From assembly GCA_051362555.1 (NCBI GenBank), contig CM120645.1, positions 17,298,001-17,362,000 on the forward strand: a stretch of DNA of 64,000 bases. Reading direction: 5' to 3'. Within the stretch, counting starts at the first letter, position 1. Each line of letters starts with the position of its first letter. The notes beneath the pieces were generated by a model. The model was not told the DNA's origin and made no database searches. It saw only the letters and a list, made by a program, of their open reading frames with translations. Made by a program: the position numbers and the translations under genes. Shown here in pieces: positions 36,901 to 50,000 of the stretch. The DNA is from Lingula anatina (taxonomy: Eukaryota; Animalia; Brachiopoda).

Positions 36901-39900
36901 ATGTGTAAGCAAAAAGTGATAAGGTTTCATGGTGAGATATTTTGCAAAGATTAATGTTTTTTTTTTTTTCTAAGATAATGTGTGTATAAAAGCGCATTGA
37001 GAACAGCGGACTAACAGATTCGCAGATCAAATATGGCGGCCCACTAATAAGCTTGCCGCTTACTTCCCGATTAGACACTGTATAAATTCCTCACGGGAAT
37101 TACGGAACATGCATTCAAGAGGGTCGGCCATAGACTGCTAAGTAACAACATAAAATAATAAACCAATTAAGAATATAGTGAAAGTATGGCACAAAATTGA
37201 GTGACGTGGCGATCCACGACAGTCAACCTGCTGAGAGTGGATGGTGATGGTGATGATAAAAAAACTTAAAATTCTAATTAAATACAGTGTCTGCTTTGTG
37301 AAGCTTCAGAGTAGACAGATGATCATGTATTTTGATTAGGTCAGCTGGTGATCACATTTCACATTGAAAAGATGAAAATTAACCTTTAATGTTTTTCGTA
37401 TTGCATATCAAGCTATCAATCAATAATAAAAAAAAAGTGCAGTCAAAATGTTTTGAAATCCCGAAAAGGCAGATGGTCTTATCCCCAGATTACATGACTT
37501 AAGGTACTCATATAAATTCTGCCTACTAGCCCTGGCTTTTTCAAGGATGTGATTACTTTGTTTTTATCATTTAAAATATACTGTGACGTGGATTTACTTC
37601 TGGTAAGTCAAGGTGAGGTTGAAATGTGTGAGTGCCTGTGTGTGTGTACGCACCAGCATGTACGTATTCTAACAAGGGTGTCAAGGATACATATTTCACT
37701 ATTTTCTTTGGAAATTGATGTAATTACACGGAGTGGTAAATAATCATCGAAAAATGGCATGGAGAAAATTTCTAAAAAAGAAAAATAAAAAAATATCAGT
37801 TAGAATTGGAGCTCTAAAATGTTACATTTCCCGACCCTGAAATATATAAGTCGAAGCAGGGCTATATCACAAGAATGGAGAATAAACCTAGACGCAGCTG
37901 AATTGTAGTTTTATCAAAGGACAGTGCGAATCTCTTGAACTTAACTTGTCTAAAATGAGGTAGTACTAACCAGAACAGGTACTAAAGGAATTTTGTGAAT
38001 GAGCAGAGGCAATCGGGCGAAATTTCTAGCTCACGTCATGAGAAAGGAAGATCTAAAACATTTAGCAATCACTGACAGAATAGAGGGGAGGAGAGCAAGG
38101 AGTAGACAACGCTCGTCACTCACAGGGAAGTCACACCAAAGAGTCAAACAGTTAAGAAAAAACTACGTAGATTCATGACCGCCAGCGTTTGTATGGAGAT
38201 TGCACCTCAAAAAGAGGGATATGTGTTGTAAATTAGCTACTTAACTTCAACAACTGCTTTAATTATTCTCCAATTTGTAATGCGGATCTGTCTTTTCTTT
38301 CTTTCAGATGCAAAGAAAGTCAAATCTCTCTCGTTGCTCAAACTGGTAAGTTGTTTTGACAAAATATACGATTCACCTCGACCAAAGAAATACAAAAGTG
38401 TTCATATTTCAGATTGAATACCGCGTAAAAAGCTACTTAATCATGTGGCAATCAAAGACATTACCAGCCAGTGTGCAAAACTCAGTTTGATGAGACAGTT
38501 GAAACCTCGAATCCAAGCAAACCAATAATTCACAGAATGGGAAAAGATACAATGATCTATAGGCTTAATTAAATACTTCGTTTACATGCAGCACCCAAAG
38601 TTGTTATCGATATTCCGTAATTTCATGTCGGCACTGAAAGGTTAACGAGAAATTGTGTGATAAATATGTCTTTGGGGTAGTTACATTTTGTGACGTGGGG
38701 ACTTGGCATGTTGCCTTTGTTCTTTCTTTACACTTGCCACATAATTTAATTTTACTTATAGGCAATGCATTGATTGTAGAAATATCATTTTTTTTACAAT
38801 AAGGATATTGCAAAAAAAGTCTGTTGTAATGCCTACTTGAATACATTGGCTTTTAAATAACCATGAGTGTAATTAGATTTTCTGTCGAGTTGTCCATTAT
38901 TACATTCCCATACCAGAAGAATAAGACTGGATTATGTTGAATTCCCAAGATCCCATCTTTCCATACACATACATTTAACATTAACTTTAGTTAAACTCGG
39001 TTCTGACACTTTCCCCCACTTACATGTATAAAGTAACACGAATTCTATTGTTGCTTTTGTTGTAGATTGATAAAAAAAGAAGCAAAACCCTTGCAGCATT
39101 CGAGGAAATGTTGAGCAAGCTCAAGCCATCCGAATTTAAGGACAATACATTAATTCGGTACAAAGTAAGTATTTCACTAACTTTTAAATACACACACTGG
39201 AATGAACTGACAAATACCAGTAAACTGTGAATGGCAACCGAGTTTCAAAGGCAATTATTTCAGATTCAACCAATTCATGCTATTCAGACAACCCTTACCA
39301 GTTGTGGGGTCATCCTGTAGGGGAATTAGAAACAAAATGAATAAATAGGTGAATTAAGATAAATATGTTTTGTCCATTTGGGCGTTTGTAACCTCAAAGC
39401 AGACAGGTGTTTCTAGCGTGTTTGCAGGAATGGCTGTTGGCGTGCGTGGCTTGGCCTCGGCATATAGTACATGATGACGTACCTTTATGATAGATGTGGA
39501 TTTCTATATAGCTCACAGTTAGCATTAAGTGTAATTCATAGAGGAAATGAGTTGGCCAGTTATTAGGCGTAGTTAGCGACATCACAGCATACATTTCGCA
39601 CCTGTTTTGTTCTCAGCAAGACTGTTATTCGCTTGTAATGTTTTTCTTTAAATGATTTCTTAGGCCACGTTTTTAGCTGATTTTCCATTAGTAAGTGTCG
39701 TTATGAAATGGTATCGTTTTTGGCTAATCTTGGTTTTGCAGGGAAAATAAGAGTTATAAGTACCCATTATCTAACTACATCATGTACCACGCAACTATCT
39801 CATGTTTACTTTTGGCGTCTCTTTATAGTTGAGGTACATGGGTTTTAACGATTAACCATCAACAAAAAAGAAGACTCCTGTTCCGTTTAGGAAAAGTAAT

Positions 39901-42900
39901 GTGCACCGCATGAATGTCTGTACTGCGTAGTTCAATCAACCTTATCATCAACCATGCAGATTCTAAAATATGACCTGGCAATAGCATTATTTATTTATCA
40001 ACGAATCCAAACTGTTCATCGCTAAAAACCTTCACGCTCTTATCGAAGGCGTGATGGCTCAGGAATTCAATTATTTAGTGCTTTTAAAGCAATGGTTGGA
40101 GTTTCACACATTCAGGGACTATTACCTTTTTCCGGTGGGGAAAGTCATCGCCTTTGAATAACGGAGCTAAAAGAGATAATCGCACTTAAAGCATATAGCA
40201 AAAATGTTCTCCAATGCCACAGTGGTAATTGTCTGGATGGGGAATCAATTTATCTTATCTTGGCTGCCAGAGCGATGTCTCCGTCTGTGTCAGTATTTTG
40301 TCACCCGGACTGGAGAAGAATTAATGCCTTGGTATACACTTTTTCTCCCCCTCCAAGCACAAACACAGTGTCAGAGGTTTGACGAGAACTCTTAAATCCA
40401 TACACACGCGCCGTTTCTTTTGATTATCTGGGGTTATATGGAAAACACCATACATTCTTTGTTCCTTGAAATAAGAGAACAGTTACTCTGAGTTATCCAA
40501 TTACACTTAAGGTGCTGACCAACGTACGCCGTTGCACAGATAGTTATATTTACAGTCAGTAAGGTGAAACTTGGGTGATTTATTCGAACGCCTTGAAATA
40601 TTCCACCAATATAATAAAAGGGAAATGGGAATTAACATGTCTGTGTTTACAGACACAGTGCGTCTGGACATATAGCCGTCACCTGCGCTTGTTTCACCCT
40701 TTGCAGTAGCCGTGCACTTTCCCGAAATTTTTATTCTTATTTTTATTATTGAAGCAAATAAAAGGGAAATTTATGGGACTGAATACTGTTTTTTTCTTTA
40801 ATTATGCAATTTCATATATAATAGACTTAAGTTGAGAGAAAGTGTGGACAATTAAATATTCTAACGGGATGAACAAGATTACTTTGGTCTCGTCATTCAT
40901 TGTAAGATATAGGCATTTTGTTAATATACTGATAGTGCAACATGTATTTATCATTTTAAATGTGTTTTTTGTCATTGATTCCGTTTTGGCATTTGTATGT
41001 CTGTCTGTTTGGTTTTGTGGCACCTGACTTCAGTGATACGTGTCAATAAAGTGATAAATTGCTTAGTGTTAACATGTTCGAAGTCAAAGCAATATTTCCC
41101 ATTTGACATTGGACTAGTGTACAAGTTTATATCAGCACTCACCAATGCGAAGTATGTATCAAGTTAACCTTGTTTATTGCCACTGTTTTCATTAATTGTA
41201 ATTATATTATTACATTAATTATTTTATTGCATTTCGTCCCATATTATATAACCGTCTAAAATGTATGAGTTCTAAGTGCTGTCTAGTAGGCCTGCCATCA
41301 AAGAAAATGTAGACGTTACATGTAGATACAAAACCCGTTTCGCCTGGTTGCGTTATAGGTACTTCAGTTTTTAAATATAGACAGCTAGAACACGTAGTTT
41401 GTCCCAGCACCCCCCTCACCCCCACCCCCTTCATTCTGTTTGGTTAAGTGTAGTTCTTTTAGTACAAGATTTATGTTCACTGCTCAACAAACCTTCCAGG
41501 ACTTACATTGGTCAGACCTCATTGCCAGTACTGACAAATCAACTGGGGATTCTCTACCGATACCAGAGACAGAGAGGAAGAGGAGAGAAGCTGTGTGGGA
41601 GCTTCTCAAAAGTGAATGTGTATTCCTTGTCGACCATCTCATGGTGCTAAAACACGTAAGTACCAATCCATCCAGTTCCTGTCCCTGATCTCAGAGGGGG
41701 CTAGTACAGAATTTTGGAAACCGTTGTAGTTTGCGCTATACTGATATTGTATTTAAAGTGAAAATATCACTTCGTATAATATCCATTTTCACAATAAAAA
41801 ATGTAACAAAATCCTAGAAATATAATAAATTCTATTTTACCACCAAAACTGCAGTTATCGCAATTATTTTTGGAATCTAAGCCTTCGATCGGACCACGTG
41901 ACCACCAAAGATGGCTATCCTCCGTAATAATCTCTAAAGAGATTTATACAAAAAAGTGACTAACTTTGAATGTCGGAAGGGATTCATTAAGTTTGGGAAA
42001 TTGTTGTTTACACCAGGAATATCAATTTTTGGTCAAAATGAACGGTTTTTGTCCCTTTAAGTTGGATTACAGAGGACAATACAAACGTATAAACTGAAAA
42101 AGACTAAGAATTTTCTAAAAAGAAACAAGATTTCAAAGCAGGGGTAAATATTTAAGCTTATGCGAGTTTCATTTCTGTCTGTATATCTCTTGTACTGTAC
42201 TGCAGAAAATGAATGTATGTTTAGTCTAGAGCGAACGAGTCTATCGTAATGCCCCTATTTCACACAGACCACGAATTCCACGAATGGCCAGGAATTGACA
42301 AATTTCAGGATTCGTGGTTGAATCGTAATCAGTTCGTGAAGTTCTTAACAGATTCGTATATAATCGTAGTCAGTTCTTGGAATTCTTGATCAATCGGGAA
42401 TTCGTGGCAAAAATTTTGAGCTGTTCAAAATTTTGGCCACGAACTCCCGATTCCAAAAAATCGTAGTGAATTTCTGGACTATATTTGTGCGATTCCAGCC
42501 GAATCCCACGAATATTCGTAACACTATCGCACCTGTATCGCATCTGAATCGTAGAGCGTGTCGAATTAGACCAGAAAATTGGCAAAATAACACGAATCCT
42601 CACGAATCCTGAAATTTGTCAATTCCTGGGGATTCGTGGTCTGTGTGAAATAGGGGCATAAGATGCGCACCCGTAGTTCTAGTCAGAATCTAACTGAATT
42701 TATTCTGTTCTGTTACCTACCGAATTAAGCTCTTTGATATCTCTGTATTTGGTAAAGTAATGAAATAAAAGTACTATCGAGAATTAAGATCGATCGACAC
42801 ACAGACTGAAATTACGGAAAATAAAGTGAAATACTAATGATACTCATTTTCTTTCCCTCAGTTTAATCGGAAGCGATAGGTTCATAGAGAGCATACAGAG

Positions 42901-45900
42901 GTCATGCGTTTTGTTATTGACAGCATGGAAAATAATTCAAATAAAAATTCCAGCTAGTTAGGCCCATACATTTAGTCAGTAAATACTTCACAGGCAAACT
43001 CTGGCAAAATCGTTAGTCTATCCATTAGTTGCCCGTTCTGTAAAACTACACTGCTATGAATGAAACGATTCTTGGGGTGTAATAACATCATCGTTATATA
43101 ACAGTTTTATATCCATTGCAGTGTTTTATGGAACCTTTGAAAAAGGTCCAAGTAGAAGGTTTCTTGATGTCAGCTGATGTCCAGGAGCTCTTTGGTAATT
43201 TAGACGAACTGTGCTATGTAAGTATTAAGTCTATTTCTGCAACAAGTTGATATTATTGACCATATCTGGAAAAGCTGCATGTTTTAATTAACGTGTTTAC
43301 GCCGTGGCACTTTCGCTAAAAATAACTGAGAAGTAGTTTAGCTAAACTTTTTTAATCTGAAAGTTTAAGACAAATTGCGAATTGCGTTTTTTGTTTACCT
43401 GTCCATTTTATCCACACAGCATTAGAGATAGCATTGAAACAAACATTTCACTAGAAATAATAATTATATTTTACTACGCTAACTGCACAAGGTAGGTTAA
43501 GTCATCCTTACTACACTCTCTCATTTTCGAACATTAGGTGAGTTATACATTCTGCAAAGACTTCCTGGCATCTCTGCTCAAGGACATGGGGCCCACGTGT
43601 TTTGGTAGCACAGCCGCGTTAATAAGTGCCTTTGAAAGGGTAAGTAATTTGCTGTTTTCTAGAAATCACACTTATTGTTCTACCAGCTGCAGATCATGGT
43701 TTTTAAGGCTAGAGAAAACTGATAAGTTGGTTTACATGAGCGTCTCTCTAGAAAGAGGATCGGTAGACTATTACTATTTTTTGTGAAAAAAGTTCTGTAT
43801 GTTTAACTCGCATAACAGCTAAGTTTAAGGGTCGGTCGGGGTATGTTAATGGAGGGAGGAAATGTGATTTTTGTGATCGCTCATAAATTATCTCCACCTG
43901 ACTAACGCCATATGTGTTTTTTTTTATTATTTGGCAAAAACAACTTACAGATTTTGTCTGTCCTAACTGTATGATTTTGGGAACCGTACTTTTGCTCCCT
44001 GCTCCTCCTTCCCATAGACTTGTGGCCCTTAGGTTCCTACGACCTAATGTCGTAATTTGTTACTACCTGGCCATTTCTTATTTTGGGCCGGTGCATTTTC
44101 ACAGCTTCTGCATGCATACAGTACCGTTCCTTAACCAGGAGCAACCTGCCTCAGTTATCTTTATTTCAAAGCAATCAGAATGGAGTATCAAGTATTTTTT
44201 TTAACTACAGAAAGGTTAAGATTTCTGTTGCATGATTGTTGCATGAAAGTCGACGATTGGAAAAAGTTTTTGTATATACATGTAAGACCCTATTATACGT
44301 CTACATTAAATAATTTTAATCTGATCCTATTATCATAGCCTATGTAGTCGTATGAATCAAATCAAAAAGCTATTTTCCAGTAAACCCAAGGTCTAAATCA
44401 GCTTTGCTTGTTACATTGAAAAGAACTTCAAAAATGAGATACATGTATAATTTATTCAAACAATGCGTTACACTAGTCAACGTAGGCGAAGGAAGCACAT
44501 ACATTGAAATGACTATAAATATGGAGTGTATACGTGTTTGGCATTAATATTTTAATATTAAAATCGCAGTTAGGGTGTACTTGCACCAGGAAGTATCAGT
44601 AAATTATCTAACAATTTTCGTTTTTAATAGTTCACTCATGGGTGATAATTTTGAACGACCCTCTTTCCTATATATACCGCACACATAATTACACAAAACA
44701 AGAGTCGAGTTTTTGTGATAAATATTTCACTGTAACTAAGGAAAGAAATAAGACTGCTTTGTTTAAGTAAGGCTCCAGCACAAATACAAATTAATTCTGT
44801 CATTTCATTCTGTATTTCTGTGTTCCAGTTAACCAAACATTCCAGAAACGGGGAGGTGTATCACCGGTATTGTTTGAATTATTCCAATGCCCTAGCGCAT
44901 CTTGAGAACGTGCGAAAACAACACGAGGAGTTCGGAGAATTCGACAAGGTAGGGCATAGTGAAATGGGGAAATCACCAGAATAAATGCTACCTCTCATGG
45001 GAAAGAGACAATTGCCTTTCGAAAAAAAGGAATCATCCAATTAATCAAAGTAAATAACTAAATTAGATAGTAATGATATTTTAGAATTTTCATATAAACG
45101 AAAAAAAATAAACGAATTGATTCACTGCACCCGGATTCTACGAAGATAAAAGTGAGCAAAGTCAGGCGTCCGTGTCCATTACTTTAGGTCAAATGTATAC
45201 TTAAATATGCCATTGAATATTCATTCTCATCTCACTGAAACACATTATTTGTGTTATAAACAGAATTATACTTAATAGAAAACTTTGATGTGCTCAATTA
45301 CATGATTATGACAAAGGAAAAATTATCCAGAACTTGGGATTACGATATATATATCTACGAATATGCGTCAATACTATAATAAAAGCAAACTGAGCAAACG
45401 TACCGGATAAATGTAAGCCTAATGGAAAAAAGATGAACACCTCGGCAGTAAGTCACGTGAGACGAAATAACATGTGTACCGAGATCGTGATGTGACTATT
45501 TTTATAAGTCTAGCATTGAGGTTTGAAATAAATAGACTAAAATTTACCAGTTTTATAAGTAATTGATGTGCACTGTATTCATACTTATTAGTGGTAGTGT
45601 ACCCACTGCTGAGTTATAGGCGGAGCAATCGATATTTCTATGTTCTTAATCGTATTAATGTTATGTATTCTGTCTTCATGTGTTCGTTTATCTACGAAGA
45701 CAGCCCAGGTTTTGTGTTTTGTTTGTAGGGTTTATACAGTTGGCTCTGGAAATACGTGAACTAGAGTAATTCCTAAATTGTCACAAATGTACTGGAGTAG
45801 GCACATTTTAACCCGTCTGTTTCCATGTGCATAATAAGTTATTTTACCAGCTGGTGACTTAAAGTTACATCTTTTTTAGTGGTGCTCCCAAGACCCTAGG

Positions 45901-47020
45901 TGTAACAGACTGCAGCTAACAGATCTCCTGGTGGCACCAATGCAACATTGGACAAAAATGCCTCTCTTGCTCAAAGAGATAAGAAAGTACACAGAAAATA
46001 CAGAGGAAAGGATGCAGCTCACAGAATCAATAGAAGACGTAGAGAAATCATTAGGTACATGTAGTTGATTTGGGAAGATGGACCTGCAGTTGCTTAATTT
46101 ATCATTTATTTATTATTTAACAAAAATGTACACAAGGCAACAAAATAGAACAGACACAAAAATGTTTTTTCGCTATCCTTAACTTATCGGTATGAGAATA
46201 TCAAATGTGCAATCTCCATCAAATGTGACATAATGCTTTGGATTTCCATTTCAGCATGATACTCAAGCATGCGCCTTTGAACTCTGGCTTTGATCTCTGA
46301 CCTACGTTTCATTTCAGAGCAACTTAATGATAAAATGAAGTGGGTCAAAAACTTTGAGCGGGTTTTGGAGATTCAGCATCAGATAGTCTGGCCGTCTATT
46401 TCAGAAACGGACCCAAAGTCATTTATTCCCGAGGTAAACCTGCACCTTCTTTTGCGAGTCTCATGATTGTCATATCTGTTATTTTTGCGATTCCAAATGA
46501 AAAATAATTCCAAGATCAGTCGCTGATAGAACGAGCCGTAATGCATTAAAGCAGAATACAACGATATACTTTTAAAGTAAAACTGAAAGAATGAATCTAT
46601 CGTATTATTATAGAATGCTTGACTAAAATTTTTTTTTCATTCGCAATAACAGTATAGTATAGTCATGCTACAAAAGAAGACAGTAAGAAATTAGATAAAA
46701 CTTACTGCTTCGTGCCGTAGAATCGTGAGTTTGGATGTTCCCCTTCTGAGAAGCATTTATATGGAAAGAATTTTTTCTAAAACAGAAAAGATTATGATTA
46801 ATAAAACTCGCCCTGCTTATGGTATTTTAAGGGTTCTTTTTGGCAAAAGTTGACTTAACTTTTAGAGGAAGGAAACTTAAAAAAATCTTTTATCCAACTG
46901 CCACATCTCTTTAAAACTAGGACATTTTTGTCGATACATATCAATTTTTTTTCATTTTAGGCAGTCTTATTTATCTTTTTAAACTTGACATGGAAATAAA
47001 TTTCCCTTTTATATGTATGT

Positions 47021-47085
<65 letters not shown>

Positions 47086-50000
47086 TGCAAAAGCCTTTAT
47101 TATTAGTAGTAAATTTGTAGACGCATAATGTCGCCACGAGTGTTAACAAAAGCTGTCGCATGTTTTCCCCATATTTATATCTATAATATCTATTTTTATA
47201 TTTATATCTACAGTTCCTATTATGATATTTATTTCTACAGTATATATTATTTTATTTTAGTTTTTGAAATCTACATTGAGTCAGCAGCCGTGTGAACGTT
47301 TGTTGGCCAGCCCAAAGAGACATCTCATGTACGAGGGCCCGGTGACATTAGTTGGTATGTATTTAGGTTTCTTTATCAAATCCCAAGTGACATGAAGCTC
47401 AACCAATTAAGTCACATGAGCTTATACTATGATTCCAATTCACCTACCGTTCGACAACAGTATGAATTCTAGAAAAGTCGGCAAATGCCGGTATTCTGAG
47501 TATAATCCTAACTGGGAAGTTGCAAGAACATTGTAAAGAGATAACTTGATGAAGTGTGTGTTTTGTGTTTTGGGGCTAATTTGCCTCCTTATCTACATAA
47601 ATGTACGTGAAGAGCAGTTAACAGCAGTTATATATATTTTTTCCCCTACCACAGAGCAATCAAAAGGACAAGAGATGTATATTTTCCTCTTCGACGATAT
47701 ATTCCTGCTGACCAAATTGAAGAAAAGTCATCGAAAGGTAAGGACACGTTATTTAAAAAGGTGTGTTTTTACCTAATGAACAACCACAGTGCATGTAGCG
47801 TAGGCAAAACTTTTCTTAATAATGGAAATGTAGCTAAGCCTCGCAGTGATTGTCTAACATATGGTGCATCATATGCGACATTTTATTTTGTCTTCCGCCT
47901 GGCGCATTTTAGTACCAGTGTGACAGGAATGGTAGTCCTAGCAATGGAAGTCCGGGGTTCCATATGATTAGTACAGGTTAGGGGTAGGCGGAGGTATTGG
48001 GGTTAGTATATGGGACGGATGTCAGCTGAACAAAGTAATATGGAACGGACTACGGTTCCTAGCGGACGTCCATTCACATGTCACACCTGCATCTAGTTAT
48101 GTCATCCCTAATGTACCGTCAGTGAAGGTCCAAATGTTTTTACAGTCAGGTGCTTGATACATTTTGTTCCGCACTGCATGCCGCGTTGAGTCTACAGGGT
48201 CAACTTAAATGACATTTTTTACATAACCAAAACGTTGACTATATAGCAGGCCATCTTTAATTTTCATTTTGAGTGAACAGATGAAATAAAATTTGACGTC
48301 TAATATTGAAGTCTAATAACTTGAAGTCTAATGTTTTAATCATGCTTAATATTCTTACTAAGCTTCACATGGATACCTTGATAAAGATTTCATATTTCAC
48401 ACAGAAAACGTCAGTGGTTGATCAGAACCCCAACAACTACAAAGCTGATGCGTCCCCCGGGACATACACAGTGTACAGGCAGCCCATTTCTTTGGACCGG
48501 TTCAGTCTGCATGACGTAGGGCCAGCCGAGGCACAAGGTAGGTGCTTAAGGGGGAGGGGGCAATATTACCAAGACAACTTTCAGTTTCATGGGAAAAAAA
48601 GTTAAAAGAACCAAGAATCAAGTCTTCCTAACTAGAAGAAGCGTACATGTATGTAGACCACAGTTCTTAAATAGTATGCAATGATATTAATATACCAGCA
48701 ATGGAAAGAGAAATGTGCTTGAACAAAACGCGTTTGTGGTAAAGGTGTAGCCAAAAAAATGTCCCCACCTTTTACATAACAAACAATTTTTTGAGCTTTT
48801 GCCTGTCATGGTGCGCTGTAAAAAGTCTTTCCCTAAAGTAAGAGAGTGTGAAAGTTACAGAGTTCCTATGTTCGTGCACTGGTATCTTAACAACTCACTC
48901 ATAAGTCGCCATAGCTTTAATATTTGATTTCTCTTATTAAAAAAACTGACTTATTTACTACAAGTTGTTGTTCCTAGGTATCATTCAATTCTTTAAAAAT
49001 CTCTGGCATTTTGCCACGTGCTCGTGTTGTCACAATCTAAATTGATCTTTCTAGAATTAAAGTGGTTAGTAGTCAGTGAACTAGATGAAACTTCATTGTT
49101 GATTTGACTACAACCTTCAGTGCAACGAATATCCACTTAATCCACAGAAGTACTATTTTGGTGTTCATCAAAAAAATACCACAACCATTACTTTAATGCA
49201 TTTTACAATCGTTGGTTCTTACATTCCACTTCCAGCTAATGGGTTGAAAAACGCCTTCGTAATAGTGCAAATAACGAGGTTTCAGCAAATAGTTGGAATT
49301 TACACATTCCAAGCTCCATCAGAGACAGCAAAGGTAAGCATTGCATGTTTACACTATAAGCGTATATTAATGGTCAGGGGCTTGTAAAACTGGAAAATGA
49401 TTCTATAAAGTAAGCTCCTTGAGCAGTCTTAAAATATCTACACCCTTCCATTTATCACATTATTATATTTTGTATCACTTACATATATATGTTTACTACA
49501 GTGGTATCGCAGTTTTAAGGAGGTATAGTTTTCTTGTTTATTTCTATCCCGGTTTGAAGAAAGTTACTTGATAAATACTTTTCTAAAATGTTTAAAAACA
49601 AGAATCCATTTTTATTAACCAACTCGAAGCTCGTCTTCCATACATTTTATTTTTGGATTGCGTCTTGGCGAATTACACGCATAAACACTAGCGGAACACC
49701 AAATCACATGCAGTCCCAAAGGCCGCGTCTTATAAACGACAAGACTGAATGCCATATTTTTGTGCTTTGGTACATGCGATTGCTGTGAGAAGACATGATG
49801 GGATATATGAATACTATAAATATTAAACACTACCCAAAATACAGTGCTTGTATTACTGTTCTGTTAACGTGAGATTAGAAAAACTTAATAAACGCCATTA
49901 GTAAGGACGATTTCTTCTTTCTAGGCGGCGTGGCTTGACAACCTCCGAGAAGCCAAAGAAAAATACAACGGTGACAGAAATGCGAGCAGGCATAACTCAT

